From the NCBI RefSeq assembly GCF_001457595.1, contig NZ_LN831039.1, forward strand, positions 2,550,001-2,582,000: 32,000 nucleotides of DNA. Direction: 5' to 3'. The notes beneath the pieces were generated by a model. That model did no database searches, was not told the origin of the DNA, and worked only from the letters and a program-made list of their open reading frames with translations. The translations under genes were made by a program, and so were the position numbers. Numbering within the stretch: position 1 is the first letter of the stretch; each line of letters starts with the position of its first letter. This stretch comes from Mycolicibacterium smegmatis (lineage in GTDB: Bacteria > Actinomycetota > Actinomycetes > Mycobacteriales > Mycobacteriaceae). Of the stretch, positions 1 to 8,401 are shown piece by piece.

Positions 1-68
1 CCTTCAGTCGCGTCAACGAACTGCTCCAGCGTCGCGGCATCGAACCGATCGACTGGAAGTTGCCCTAG
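1..68 (+). CDS. ung: Uracil-DNA glycosylase, C-terminal tail only (partial)
   Basis: Frame starting at base 3 reads FSRVNELLQRRGIEPIDWKLP*, which resembles the Ung C-terminus (F..N..L..RG..PIDW). Ends with TAG at 66-68. The position upstream of the DAK/recG block is also consistent. Confidence 0.75.
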   Translation, partial: FSRVNELLQRRGIEPIDWKLP

Positions 69-410
69 TCAGGGGGTCGTGGTCGGCAGCTCGGGCGTCG
101 GGATCTCGATCGTGGCGCTGCCGTCGTCGGTCGGGCCACCCGGAGGCGGCGCCTCCTCGCTGGTCGGCAGTTCCGTGGGGATCTCCACCGTCGCGCTACC
201 GTCGCTGGTCTCGGGAGCCGTCGTCTCGGGAGCCGTCGTCTCGACCACCGACTCGGTGGTGGTGGTCTCGAGCGTCGATTCGCCGCCGGAGTCGCTGCCG
301 GCGCATGCGGTCAACAAGGCGCCGACTGCAGCACCGGCGGCGATGGCGTACAGCGGTGAACGTGATGTGTGGCGTGAGGTCATGATGGCCCTGTTACCCG
401 GCCGGATCAT
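69..410 (-). CDS. Small threonine/proline-rich lipoprotein, unknown function
   Basis: ORF 113 aa with N-terminal hydrophobic segment and lipobox-like LLTAC followed by a low-complexity T/E/P-rich tail. A better start may be the internal Met at about 383 (MTSRHTSRSP). Confidence 0.7.
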   Translation of the reverse strand: MIRPGNRAIMTSRHTSRSPLYAIAAGAAVGALLTACAGSDSGGESTLETTTTESVVETTAPETTAPETSDGSATVEIPTELPTSEEAPPPGGPTDDGSATIEIPTPELPTTTP

Positions 411-459
411 TAACCAAACGAAAGGACCGGCAGACGCCGGTCAGGCGCGAGCGCTCAGC

Positions 460-654
460 TCAGGCGCGCGAGACCTTGCCGGCCTTGATGCACGAGGTGC
501 AGGCGTTGATCCGCTGCTTGTTGCCGCCAGGACGGGTCACGGCACGCACCGGCTGGATGTTCGGATTCCAGCGCCGGCTGGTCCGCCGATGCGAATGCGA
601 CACCGACTTGCCGAAGCCGGGGCCCTTCCCGCAGATATCGCACACGGCAGCCAT
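460..654 (-). CDS. rpmB: 50S ribosomal protein L28, zinc-binding (CxxC...CxxC) form
   Basis: 64 aa: [34 protein letters not shown]...[10 protein letters not shown] is characteristic of L28. Confidence 0.93.
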
Positions 655-888
655 ATCAACAACTCCTCGAAATCAGTACTTGGGGGCCAACGACCGCAAG
701 GCGGGTGACCCGACAACCTGACCAGGATACCGAGAAGGCGAGGTATCGCCAAAATCGGCCGTCAACACCGCGGCGCGCGGTGCACAGGTGCAGGTGGTCG
801 GCACCGGTTTGTCATTGTGACTGGCTAGGCTGGCGCCCACGATGGCGCCCTGCGCGCACCAGGGGTTCGGCGTGAACTTGGAGGTCCG

Positions 889-2553
889 ATGTCTGCACGG
901 CGGCTCGACGCCTCCGCCCTGCGGGATTGGGCACACACCGCGGTGGGGGACCTGATCACGCACACCGACGAGATCAACCGGCTCAACGTCTTCCCGGTCG
1001 CCGACGCCGACACGGGCACCAACATGCTGTTCACGATGCGCTCGGCGTGGGCTCACGCCGACGCCCAGTCCGGCGGTGACGTCGCGCAGGTCGCGAGCGC
1101 GCTGGCCGCGGGCGCACTGCAGGGCGCCCGCGGCAACTCCGGGGTGATCCTGTCGCAAATCCTGTTGGGCCTCGCCGAGGTCATCACGTCGGCCGCGGCC
1201 GACCGCGGCGGCGATCTCCTCGACGTCGACGGGCCGCTGTTCGGCGCGGCGTTGCGTCACGGTGTGGCGCTGGTCGCGGTGTCGATGGGCGACCCGGTGC
1301 CCGGGACGATCGTCACGGTGCTGCAGGCCGCGGCTGATGCCGCCGAGAAATGCGTGGTGGGTGGCGCCGATCTCGCCGAGGTCGCCGCGTCGGCGGCCGA
1401 CGCCGCCGCGACCGCGCTCGAACGCACACCGCAACAGCTCGACGTGCTGGCCGAGGCCGGTGTCGTCGACTCGGGCGGCCGTGGGCTGCTGGTGCTGCTC
1501 GACGCGATGACCGCGACCATCACCGGCCACGCGCCGCGCCGCCCGGCCTACACGCCCGCGCCGCCGCGGGCGACGGCGTCTTCTTCGGTGTCCGCCCGGG
1601 CCGGGGTACCGGCCGACGATGTCGCCCCGACCCAGGTGCCGCAGTTCGAGGTCATGTACCTGCTGAGCGGATGTGCGCCCGAGGCGGTCGAGCACCTTCG
1701 TGCGGGGCTGGAGCAGATCGGCGAGTCGGTCGCGATCGCCACCTCGGGCGGCGGTCGGTACTCGGTGCACGTGCATGTCGACGACGCGGGCGCCGCCGTC
1801 GAGGCGGGTCTGGCGGTCGGCACTCTCAACCGCATCCAGATCACCGCGCTCACCGGATCCGGCGGTTCGCGGCCGTCCGGCGGGTGGGAACGTGAGCGCG
1901 CCGTGCTGGCGGTCGTCGACGGCGACGGCGGGGCCGAGTTGTTCGCCGGTGAGGGCGCGCACGTGCTGCGACCCGAGGCCGACGAACCTGTCAGCGCAAA
2001 ACAACTGCTGCGTGCGCTCGTCGACGTCGGCGCCGCACAGGTGATGGTGCTGCCCAACGGCTATGTCGCCGCCGAGGAACTCGTCGCGGGCTGCACTGCC
2101 GCGATCGGCTGGGGGATCGACGTCGTACCGGTCCCGGCCGGATCCATGGTCCAGGGACTCGCCGCGCTCGCGGTGCACGACGCCGCACGGCAGGCCGTCG
2201 ACGACGGCTACACGATGGCGCGCGCGGCGGCCGGTGCCCGGCACGGGTCGGTGCGCGTCGCGACCGAGGAGGCACTCACGTGGGCCGGTGCGTGCAAACC
2301 CGGTGACGGCCTGGGCATCGCGGGTGACGAGGTGCTCATCGTCGGCCCCGACGTCACCGCCGCCGCGGCCGGGCTGATCGATCTGCTGCTCGCCGCGGGC
2401 GGCGAACTCATCACCGTGCTCACCGGGCATGGTGTGGATTCAGCCGTCGGCGAGGCACTGCAGGCCCACGTTCACGACAAACACCTGGGCGTCGAACTGG
2501 TGACGTATCACACCGGGCACCGCGGCGACGCACTGCTGATCGGGGTTGAGTGA
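889..2553 (+). CDS. DAK2 domain / YloV-FakA-like kinase-family protein
   Basis: 554 aa ORF with N-terminal DAK2 motifs (NVFPVADADTGTNMLFTM, LQGARGNSGVILSQIL). GGAGG lies just upstream of ATG 889. Adjacent to recG. Confidence 0.88.
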   Translation: MSARRLDASALRDWAHTAVGDLITHTDEINRLNVFPVADADTGTNMLFTMRSAWAHADAQSGGDVAQVASALAAGALQGARGNSGVILSQILLGLAEVITSAAADRGGDLLDVDGPLFGAALRHGVALVAVSMGDPVPGTIVTVLQAAADAAEKCVVGGADLAEVAASAADAAATALERTPQQLDVLAEAGVVDSGGRGLLVLLDAMTATITGHAPRRPAYTPAPPRATASSSVSARAGVPADDVAPTQVPQFEVMYLLSGCAPEAVEHLRAGLEQIGESVAIATSGGGRYSVHVHVDDAGAAVEAGLAVGTLNRIQITALTGSGGSRPSGGWERERAVLAVVDGDGGAELFAGEGAHVLRPEADEPVSAKQLLRALVDVGAAQVMVLPNGYVAAEELVAGCTAAIGWGIDVVPVPAGSMVQGLAALAVHDAARQAVDDGYTMARAAAGARHGSVRVATEEALTWAGACKPGDGLGIAGDEVLIVGPDVTAAAAGLIDLLLAAGGELITVLTGHGVDSAVGEALQAHVHDKHLGVELVTYHTGHRGDALLIGVE

Positions 2554-4811
2554 TGGCCACGCTCGAAGATTCCCTTCAATTCGTCCTCGGGAAGAAGGCG
2601 GCCGACAAGCTCGAAGAGCACTTCGGGCTGCGCACCGTCAACGACCTGCTGCGGCACTATCCGCGCAAGTACAGCGACGGCATGACCGTGCGCGGTGAGG
2701 GCGAGGCGCTCGATCTGGAAGAGGGCGAACACGTCACGTTCATCGACGTCATCACCGAAGCCCAGCCGGGGACCATGAAACGGCCCGTCAAGACCAAGAC
2801 GGGTAAGCAGTTCACCCCCAAGTACCTGCGCGTCAAGCTCGGCGATCACAAGCCGAAGGTGACCGCGACGTTCTTCAACGCCAACTGGATGATCGACGAA
2901 CTCAAGGTCGGCACCCGGCTCATGCTCTCCGGTGAGGTCAAGTACTTCCGCGACACCGTGCAGCTGAACCACCCGGCGTTTCTGGTGCTCGAATCGCCCA
3001 GCGGGCGCACGATCGGCACCAAGTCGCTCAAAACCATCGCCGAGGCCTCCGGCGCCTCGGGCGAGGACATGCTCGCCGAGTTCGAGAAGGAGTTCTTCCC
3101 GATCTACACGGCGTCGGCGAAGATGCAGAGCTGGGACATCTACCGGTGCATCCGCCAGGTCCTCGCGGTGCTCGACCCGATCCCCGATCCACTGCCCAAA
3201 TCCTTTGTGCAGCAACGTGGTCTGATGTCCGAGGACCAGGCGCTGCGGGCGATCCATCTCGCGGCGAACTCGACCGAGCGCGACCGCGCCCGCGAGCGGC
3301 TCACCTACGACGAGGCGATCGGGCTGCAGTGGGGTCTGGTGGCCCGCCGCTACGGCGAACTGGCCGCGTCGGGTCCGTCGGCGCCGTTGCGGGTCGACGG
3401 TCTGGTGGCCGCGTTGCGGGAGCGGTTGCCGTTCGAGCTGACCGCCGGTCAGCGTGAGGTGCTCGACGTGATCTCCGGTGAGCTCGCCTCGACGCGCCCG
3501 ATGAACCGCATGCTGCAGGGCGAGGTGGGCTCGGGCAAGACGATCGTATCGGTGCTGGCCATGTTGCAGATGGTCGATGCCGGGTATCAGTGCGCGCTCC
3601 TCGCGCCGACCGAAGTGCTTGCGACACAACATGCTCGCTCGGTGCGCGACGTGCTGGGGCCGCTGGCGATGGCCGGTGAGCTGGGCGGCGACGAGCACGG
3701 CACGCGCGTCGCTCTCCTTACGGGATCGATGACGCCGCAACAGAAACGCGCGGTGCGTGACGAGGTGGCCTCGGGCGCGGCCGGCATCGTCATCGGCACC
3801 CACGCGCTGCTGCAGGACGCCGTCGAGTTCGACAACCTCGGCATGGTCGTGGTCGACGAGCAGCACCGCTTCGGTGTCGAGCAGCGGGATACGTTGCGCG
3901 CCAAGGCTCCTGAAGGGCTGACGCCGCATCTTCTGGTCATGACGGCCACGCCCATCCCGCGCACGGTCGCGCTCACCGTCTACGGCGATCTGGAGACCTC
4001 GACCCTGCGCGAACTCCCGCGCGGGCGCCAACCCATCACGAGCAACACGATTTTCGTGTCGCAGAAGCCCGCCTGGCTGGACCGTGCGTGGGCCCGGATC
4101 CGCGAGGAGGTGGCCGCGGGGCGGCAGGCATACGTCGTCGCGTCGCGCATCGACGAGAACGACAAACCCTCCGGCGGCAAGGAAAACGAGGGCCGCCAGG
4201 CCGGCCCGCCGCCCATCACGGTGGTCGAACTCTACGAGCGCCTGCGCAACGGCCCGTTGGAGGGCCTGCGCCTGGGCCTCATGCACGGCAGGCTCTCGGG
4301 TGACGAGAAGGACGAGGTGATGTCGCGGTTCCGTGCCGGCGAGATCGATGTCCTGGTGTGCACCACGGTGATCGAGGTGGGCGTGGACGTGCCCAACTCG
4401 ACCGTGATGGTGGTGATGGACGCCGACCGGTTCGGCATCAGCCAGTTGCACCAGTTGCGCGGCCGCATCGGCCGTGGACAACATCCCAGCCTGTGCCTGC
4501 TGGCCACGCGGATGCCCGAGAACTCGAAGGCGGGAGAGCGCATCAAGGCGGTGGCGTCCACCCTCGACGGTTTCGAACTGGCCGACCTGGACCTCGAAGA
4601 GCGCCGCGAAGGCGATGTGCTGGGCCTCAACCAGTCCGGCCGCACGATCAATCTGCGCTTCCTGTCGCTGCGCGACCACCTCGAGGTGATCACCGACGCC
4701 CGCGCGTTCTGCGAGACGCGCTACGAGCAGGATCCGAACGACACCGGAATGGCCTTGCTCGCGGCGCAGTTCGTCAACACCGACCGCGTCGAGTACCTGG
4801 AAAAGGCATGA
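2550..4811 (+). CDS. recG: ATP-dependent DNA helicase RecG
   Basis: 753 aa with helicase motifs LQGEVGSGKT, VVDEQHRFGVEQR, TATPIPRT, QLRGRIGRG. Overlaps the preceding CDS stop by 4 nt. Confidence 0.96.
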   Translation: MMATLEDSLQFVLGKKAADKLEEHFGLRTVNDLLRHYPRKYSDGMTVRGEGEALDLEEGEHVTFIDVITEAQPGTMKRPVKTKTGKQFTPKYLRVKLGDHKPKVTATFFNANWMIDELKVGTRLMLSGEVKYFRDTVQLNHPAFLVLESPSGRTIGTKSLKTIAEASGASGEDMLAEFEKEFFPIYTASAKMQSWDIYRCIRQVLAVLDPIPDPLPKSFVQQRGLMSEDQALRAIHLAANSTERDRARERLTYDEAIGLQWGLVARRYGELAASGPSAPLRVDGLVAALRERLPFELTAGQREVLDVISGELASTRPMNRMLQGEVGSGKTIVSVLAMLQMVDAGYQCALLAPTEVLATQHARSVRDVLGPLAMAGELGGDEHGTRVALLTGSMTPQQKRAVRDEVASGAAGIVIGTHALLQDAVEFDNLGMVVVDEQHRFGVEQRDTLRAKAPEGLTPHLLVMTATPIPRTVALTVYGDLETSTLRELPRGRQPITSNTIFVSQKPAWLDRAWARIREEVAAGRQAYVVASRIDENDKPSGGKENEGRQAGPPPITVVELYERLRNGPLEGLRLGLMHGRLSGDEKDEVMSRFRAGEIDVLVCTTVIEVGVDVPNSTVMVVMDADRFGISQLHQLRGRIGRGQHPSLCLLATRMPENSKAGERIKAVASTLDGFELADLDLEERREGDVLGLNQSGRTINLRFLSLRDHLEVITDARAFCETRYEQDPNDTGMALLAAQFVNTDRVEYLEKA

Positions 4812-5512
4812 CGCGCCGCCGCACGTGGTGGCTCGCGCTGCTCGTGGCGCTGGCGGTGTTCGTCGCCTACCAGACCATCAGCGCGTCGTCGCAGCGGTCG
4901 ATGGTCGCCGACGCCGACGTGCCCACCGTCGCACCGGGCGCGGACGTGCTCGCCGGGGTGGCCGTGGTGCCGGCACGGATGCGTGGCCACGACTACCGTC
5001 GCGCCGCGTTCGGCGATGCCTGGACCGACGACAACGATGCGCCGGGCGGGCACAACGGATGCGACACCCGCAACGACATCCTCGACCGTGATCTCGTGGA
5101 CAAGACGTACACCTCCATCAGCCGCTGCCCGACGGCCGTGGCGACCGGCGTCCTGCACGACCCCTACACGAACCTCACCATCCCGTTCACGCGCGGCAAC
5201 AAGACCGGGGCCGCCGTGCAGATCGAGCACATCGTGCCGTTGGCCTACGCGTGGGATCAGGGCGCTCGCTACTGGCCGCAACAGATGCGGGTGCGCCTCG
5301 CCAACGACCCGGCGAATCTCGTTGCCGTGCAAGGGCAGGCCAACCAGGACAAGGGCGACAAGGAACCCGCGTTGTGGATGCCGCCCAACGCGGCGTTCCA
5401 CTGTCAGTACGCGATGCAGTTCATCGAGGTGATGCGCGGCTACGCGCTGCCGGTCGACGCGCCGTCGGTGCCGGTGCTGCGACAGGCCGCCGACACCTGC
5501 CCGCGTGGTTGA
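4808..5512 (+). CDS. Exported/membrane-anchored HNH (DUF1524-like) nuclease
   Basis: Starts at ATG 4808 in an ATGA overlap with the recG stop. N-terminal TM/signal RRRTWWLALLVALAVFVAYQT. HNH-type signature IEHIVPLAYAWDQG...RLANDPANLVAVQGQANQDKGDKEPALWMPP. The track ORF 4358-5512 is an overextension into recG. Confidence 0.87.
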   Translation: MTRRRTWWLALLVALAVFVAYQTISASSQRSMVADADVPTVAPGADVLAGVAVVPARMRGHDYRRAAFGDAWTDDNDAPGGHNGCDTRNDILDRDLVDKTYTSISRCPTAVATGVLHDPYTNLTIPFTRGNKTGAAVQIEHIVPLAYAWDQGARYWPQQMRVRLANDPANLVAVQGQANQDKGDKEPALWMPPNAAFHCQYAMQFIEVMRGYALPVDAPSVPVLRQAADTCPRG

Positions 5513-5526
5513 GTTTTCCTCTCGCG

Positions 5527-6033
5527 CTACAGATCCAGCACCCAGTTCTGGCCCGTGAGGTCGTGGCCGAAGCTGTGATGGCGTTCCTGCTCAACGAGCC
5601 GGAATCCCGCTGCCTGATAGATCTTTCGGGCCGAGGTGAGCACGTCGTTGGTCCACAGGCCGACCTTGCGGTAGCCCGCGGTACGCGCGAAGCGCAGGCA
5701 CTCGTCGACCAGGCTCCGACCGAGGCCGAGTCCGCGTGCCTGCGGAGTGACCAGCAGGATGCGCAGCTTTGCCAGGTCGGGTTCGTCGCCGGCCACGCAG
5801 AAGATGCAGCCCGCGCGCTGGCCGTCGACCTCGGCGATCCAGCCTGCCTCGCGCGCCGGATCGTGTGCTGCGGCGTAGTCGGCGACGATCCGGGCCACGA
5901 GGGCCTCGAAATCGGTGTTCCAGCCGAATTGCCGGTGGTAGATCTCGCCGTGGGCCATCACGACCCAGCCGAGATCTCCCGGACGATCGGCGCGGCGTAC
6001 GACGATCTGGGCCTGCTCCACTTGCAGTGACAT
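5527..6033 (-). CDS. GNAT family N-acetyltransferase
   Basis: Acetyl-CoA binding motif LLVTPQARGLGLGRSLVDECLRFAR and C-terminal LWTNDVLTSARKIYQAAGFRLV. Start MSLQVEQ at 6033 preferred over 6063, which would overlap the promoter region. Confidence 0.87.
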   Translation of the reverse strand: MSLQVEQAQIVVRRADRPGDLGWVVMAHGEIYHRQFGWNTDFEALVARIVADYAAAHDPAREAGWIAEVDGQRAGCIFCVAGDEPDLAKLRILLVTPQARGLGLGRSLVDECLRFARTAGYRKVGLWTNDVLTSARKIYQAAGFRLVEQERHHSFGHDLTGQNWVLDL

Positions 6034-6054
6034 GGCGAACCCCCGTCCCGAAGT

Positions 6055-6076
6055 CACTGACACACTCGTTTCAGTG
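6055..6076. promoter_or_regulatory. Candidate TetR operator, inverted repeat CACTGAcAC-actc-GTtTCAGTG
   Basis: 9-bp arms with one mismatch between the divergent GNAT and TetR genes, just upstream of TAGGCT (6081-6086). Confidence 0.6.
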
Positions 6077-6080
6077 GAGC

Positions 6081-6086
6081 TAGGCT
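6081..6086 (+). promoter_or_regulatory. Candidate -10 element TAGGCT (leaderless, 6 nt before GTG 6093)
   Basis: TANNNT hexamer with spacing compatible with TSS at the start codon. Confidence 0.5.
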
Positions 6087-6092
6087 AGCGCC

Positions 6093-6671
6093 GTGACCGC
6101 ACGCGAGGCAACCCCTTCGGCCCGGCAGACCGAACTGCTCGAAGCCGCGTACCGGTATGCGCTGAGCCACGGCCTCGCCGACATGTCGTTGCGCCCGTTG
6201 GCGTCGGCGATCGGGTCCAGCCCGCGGGTGCTGCTCTACCTCTTCGGCAGCAAGGACGGACTCGTGCGCGCGCTGGTCGCACGGGCGCGCGCCGACGAAC
6301 TCGCGGTGCTCGACCGCCTCCACGGCGCCGCGAGCGCAGAACCCCTGAGCCTCGGCGTCGCGGTCACGGAAATCTGGAATTGGCTTGCCGCAGAACAGCA
6401 TCGACCGCTGCTGAAGTTGTGGGTCGAGGCCTACGGCCGTTCACTAATCGAATCGGACGGAGCGTGGGCGGGCTTCGCCCGAGCGACCGTCGACGACTGG
6501 ATGGGCCTGCTGGCGAGATGTCAGCCAGAAGGGCACAGGGACACCGAGGACGGCGCGGTGCAGCGCACGCTCGCGTTGGCGCTCCTGCGCGGCGCGCTGC
6601 TCGACCTGCTCGCCACCGGCGACACCGAGCGGGTCACCCGAGCCGTGCACCACCAGGCCGCCAGGTTCTGA
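6093..6671 (+). CDS. TetR/AcrR family transcriptional regulator
   Basis: N-terminal TetR HTH: RQTELLEAAYRYALSHGLADMSLRPLASAIGSSPRVLLYLFGSKDGLVRALVARAR. Divergent from the GNAT gene. Confidence 0.88.
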   Translation: MTAREATPSARQTELLEAAYRYALSHGLADMSLRPLASAIGSSPRVLLYLFGSKDGLVRALVARARADELAVLDRLHGAASAEPLSLGVAVTEIWNWLAAEQHRPLLKLWVEAYGRSLIESDGAWAGFARATVDDWMGLLARCQPEGHRDTEDGAVQRTLALALLRGALLDLLATGDTERVTRAVHHQAARF

Positions 6672-6701
6672 TATCCGATGCCGAGCAGACGCGAGAAGAA
6701 C

Positions 6702-7553
6702 TCAGCTACCGGTGTAGGTGGCGGGGTCGGGACGGAAACGCGTGCCGTCGTCGAGCCCGTTCAGCGTCTCCATCTCGTCGGCCGTGAGCTCGAAGCCGAA
6801 CACGTCCAGGTTGGAGGCGATGCGCTCGGGATTGGCCGAGCGTGAGATCACGACGTTGCCCAGCTGGATGCTCCACCGCAGCAGCACCTGCGCGGCGGTC
6901 CGGCCGTGGGCCTCGGCGATGGCCGTGACGGCAGGGTGGTCCAGCAGCCGCCCGACGCCGAGCGGGCCGTAGGCCTCGGTGACGATGTTGTAGCCGGCGT
7001 TGACCTCGCGCAGTGCGGCCTGGTTGAGCAGCGGGTGCAGCTCGATCTGGTTCACCGCGGGGGTGAAGTAGGTCAGGCTGACGATGGTCTCGAGGTCCTC
7101 GGCGCCGAAGTTGCACACGCCGATCGAGCGCGCGATGCCGTCCTCCTTGACCTTCATCAGGCCGCCCCAGCTGTCGACGTACTTGCTGGTGTCACCGCCG
7201 GGCCAGTGGATCAGGTAGAGGTCGACGTAGTCGAGGCCGAGGCGCTCAAGGCTGGCCCGCGCGGCGGCCTGCGACGACGTGAACCCCTGATCGGGCGTGG
7301 CGAGTTTGGTGGTCACGTAGATCTCGTCACGCGGGATGCCCGAGGCCGCGATGGCGCGGCCGACCGCGGCCTCGTTCCCGTAGGCGGCGGCGGTGTCGAG
7401 CAGCCGGTAACCGGCCTCCAACGCCGCCGAGACCGATCGCTCGGCTTCGCTGTCGGACAGTTCACCGACGCCGATGCCGACAACGGGGAGCGTGTTGTCG
7501 TCGTTGAGCGTGACGGTGGGAATCGCAGCAGCTTGCCCGTGCGATGCGGTCAT
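6702..7553 (-). CDS. Aldo/keto reductase (2,5-diketo-D-gluconate reductase-like)
   Basis: AKR signatures [71 protein letters not shown]. Confidence 0.93.
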   Translation of the reverse strand: MTASHGQAAAIPTVTLNDDNTLPVVGIGVGELSDSEAERSVSAALEAGYRLLDTAAAYGNEAAVGRAIAASGIPRDEIYVTTKLATPDQGFTSSQAAARASLERLGLDYVDLYLIHWPGGDTSKYVDSWGGLMKVKEDGIARSIGVCNFGAEDLETIVSLTYFTPAVNQIELHPLLNQAALREVNAGYNIVTEAYGPLGVGRLLDHPAVTAIAEAHGRTAAQVLLRWSIQLGNVVISRSANPERIASNLDVFGFELTADEMETLNGLDDGTRFRPDPATYTGS

Positions 7554-7558
7554 GGCAC

Positions 7559-8401
7559 CTACCCTGTGAAGTTGAAGGTTCGTGGATCGGGACCCAACCG
7601 TTTCCCGGTTTCCAGCGAAGCGATGGACGTGATGTCCTGCTCGCTGAGTTCGAAATCGAACACGTCGAAATTGCTCGCAATCCGTTCCGGGTTTACCGAC
7701 TTGGGAATGACGATATTACCGAGTTGGATATGCCACCTAATAAGCACCTGCGCGGGTGTTTTCCCATGCTGTTCAGCAATGCCTGTGATCACCGGGTCGG
7801 CCAGAAGTGATCCCTGCCCCAGCGGGCTCCACGCCTCGGTCGCGATCCCCAGCTTGGCGTGCACGTCGCGAAGCTCCTGCTGGGGCAGCAGCGGATGCAG
7901 TTCGATCTGGTTGACGGCGGGAACGATGCCGGTCTCTTCGATCAGTGTGGTCAGATGCTCGGGTTCGAAGTTGCTCACACCGATTGAACGGATGCGCCCT
8001 TGGTCACGCAGGTGGGCGAAAGCCTTGAAGGTGTCGACGAACTTGTTGTTCTCGGGCACCGGCCAGTGGATGAGGTACAGGTCGAGGTAGTCGACGCCGA
8101 GACGTTGCACGCTGGCGTCGAACGCCGCCAGCGTGGCGTCGTAGCCCTGATCGCTGTTCCACAACTTGGTGACCAGGAAGATGTCTTCGCGCGGCACGCC
8201 GGAGTTGGCGATCGCGCGACCGGTCTCGGTCTCGTTACGGTACGCGGCCGCGGTGTCGATGTGGCGGTACCCGGCCTGCAGGGCCGCGGCGACGGCGCGT
8301 TCGGTGTCTTCGGCGGGGGTCTGCCAAACGCCGAGCCCGACCTGTGGGATGGAATTACCGTCGTTGAGCGTGATGCGAGGACTCACAGAGGAAGCTGCCA
8401 T
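7559..8401 (-). CDS. Aldo/keto reductase (paralogue of the adjacent downstream gene)
   Basis: [63 protein letters not shown]. Only 5 nt separate it from the next CDS, so probably one transcript. Confidence 0.94.
   Translation of the reverse strand: MAASSVSPRITLNDGNSIPQVGLGVWQTPAEDTERAVAAALQAGYRHIDTAAAYRNETETGRAIANSGVPREDIFLVTKLWNSDQGYDATLAAFDASVQRLGVDYLDLYLIHWPVPENNKFVDTFKAFAHLRDQGRIRSIGVSNFEPEHLTTLIEETGIVPAVNQIELHPLLPQQELRDVHAKLGIATEAWSPLGQGSLLADPVITGIAEQHGKTPAQVLIRWHIQLGNIVIPKSVNPERIASNFDVFDFELSEQDITSIASLETGKRLGPDPRTFNFTG

Noticed and set aside
673-2430. 585-aa minus-strand ORF
   Set aside because: Antisense to the DAK2 gene, Arg/Gly/His-rich composition typical of shadow ORFs, no conserved motifs.
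2508-4679. 723-aa minus-strand ORF antisense to recG
   Set aside because: Mirror ORF caused by high GC and codon-position bias. It lacks recognisable domains, while the plus strand encodes clear RecG motifs.
4808-5512. HNH nuclease plus RecG as a new defence system
   Set aside because: The nuclease has an export signal and the neighbourhood is housekeeping and syntenic with other mycobacteria, so a defence role is not supported by sequence alone.
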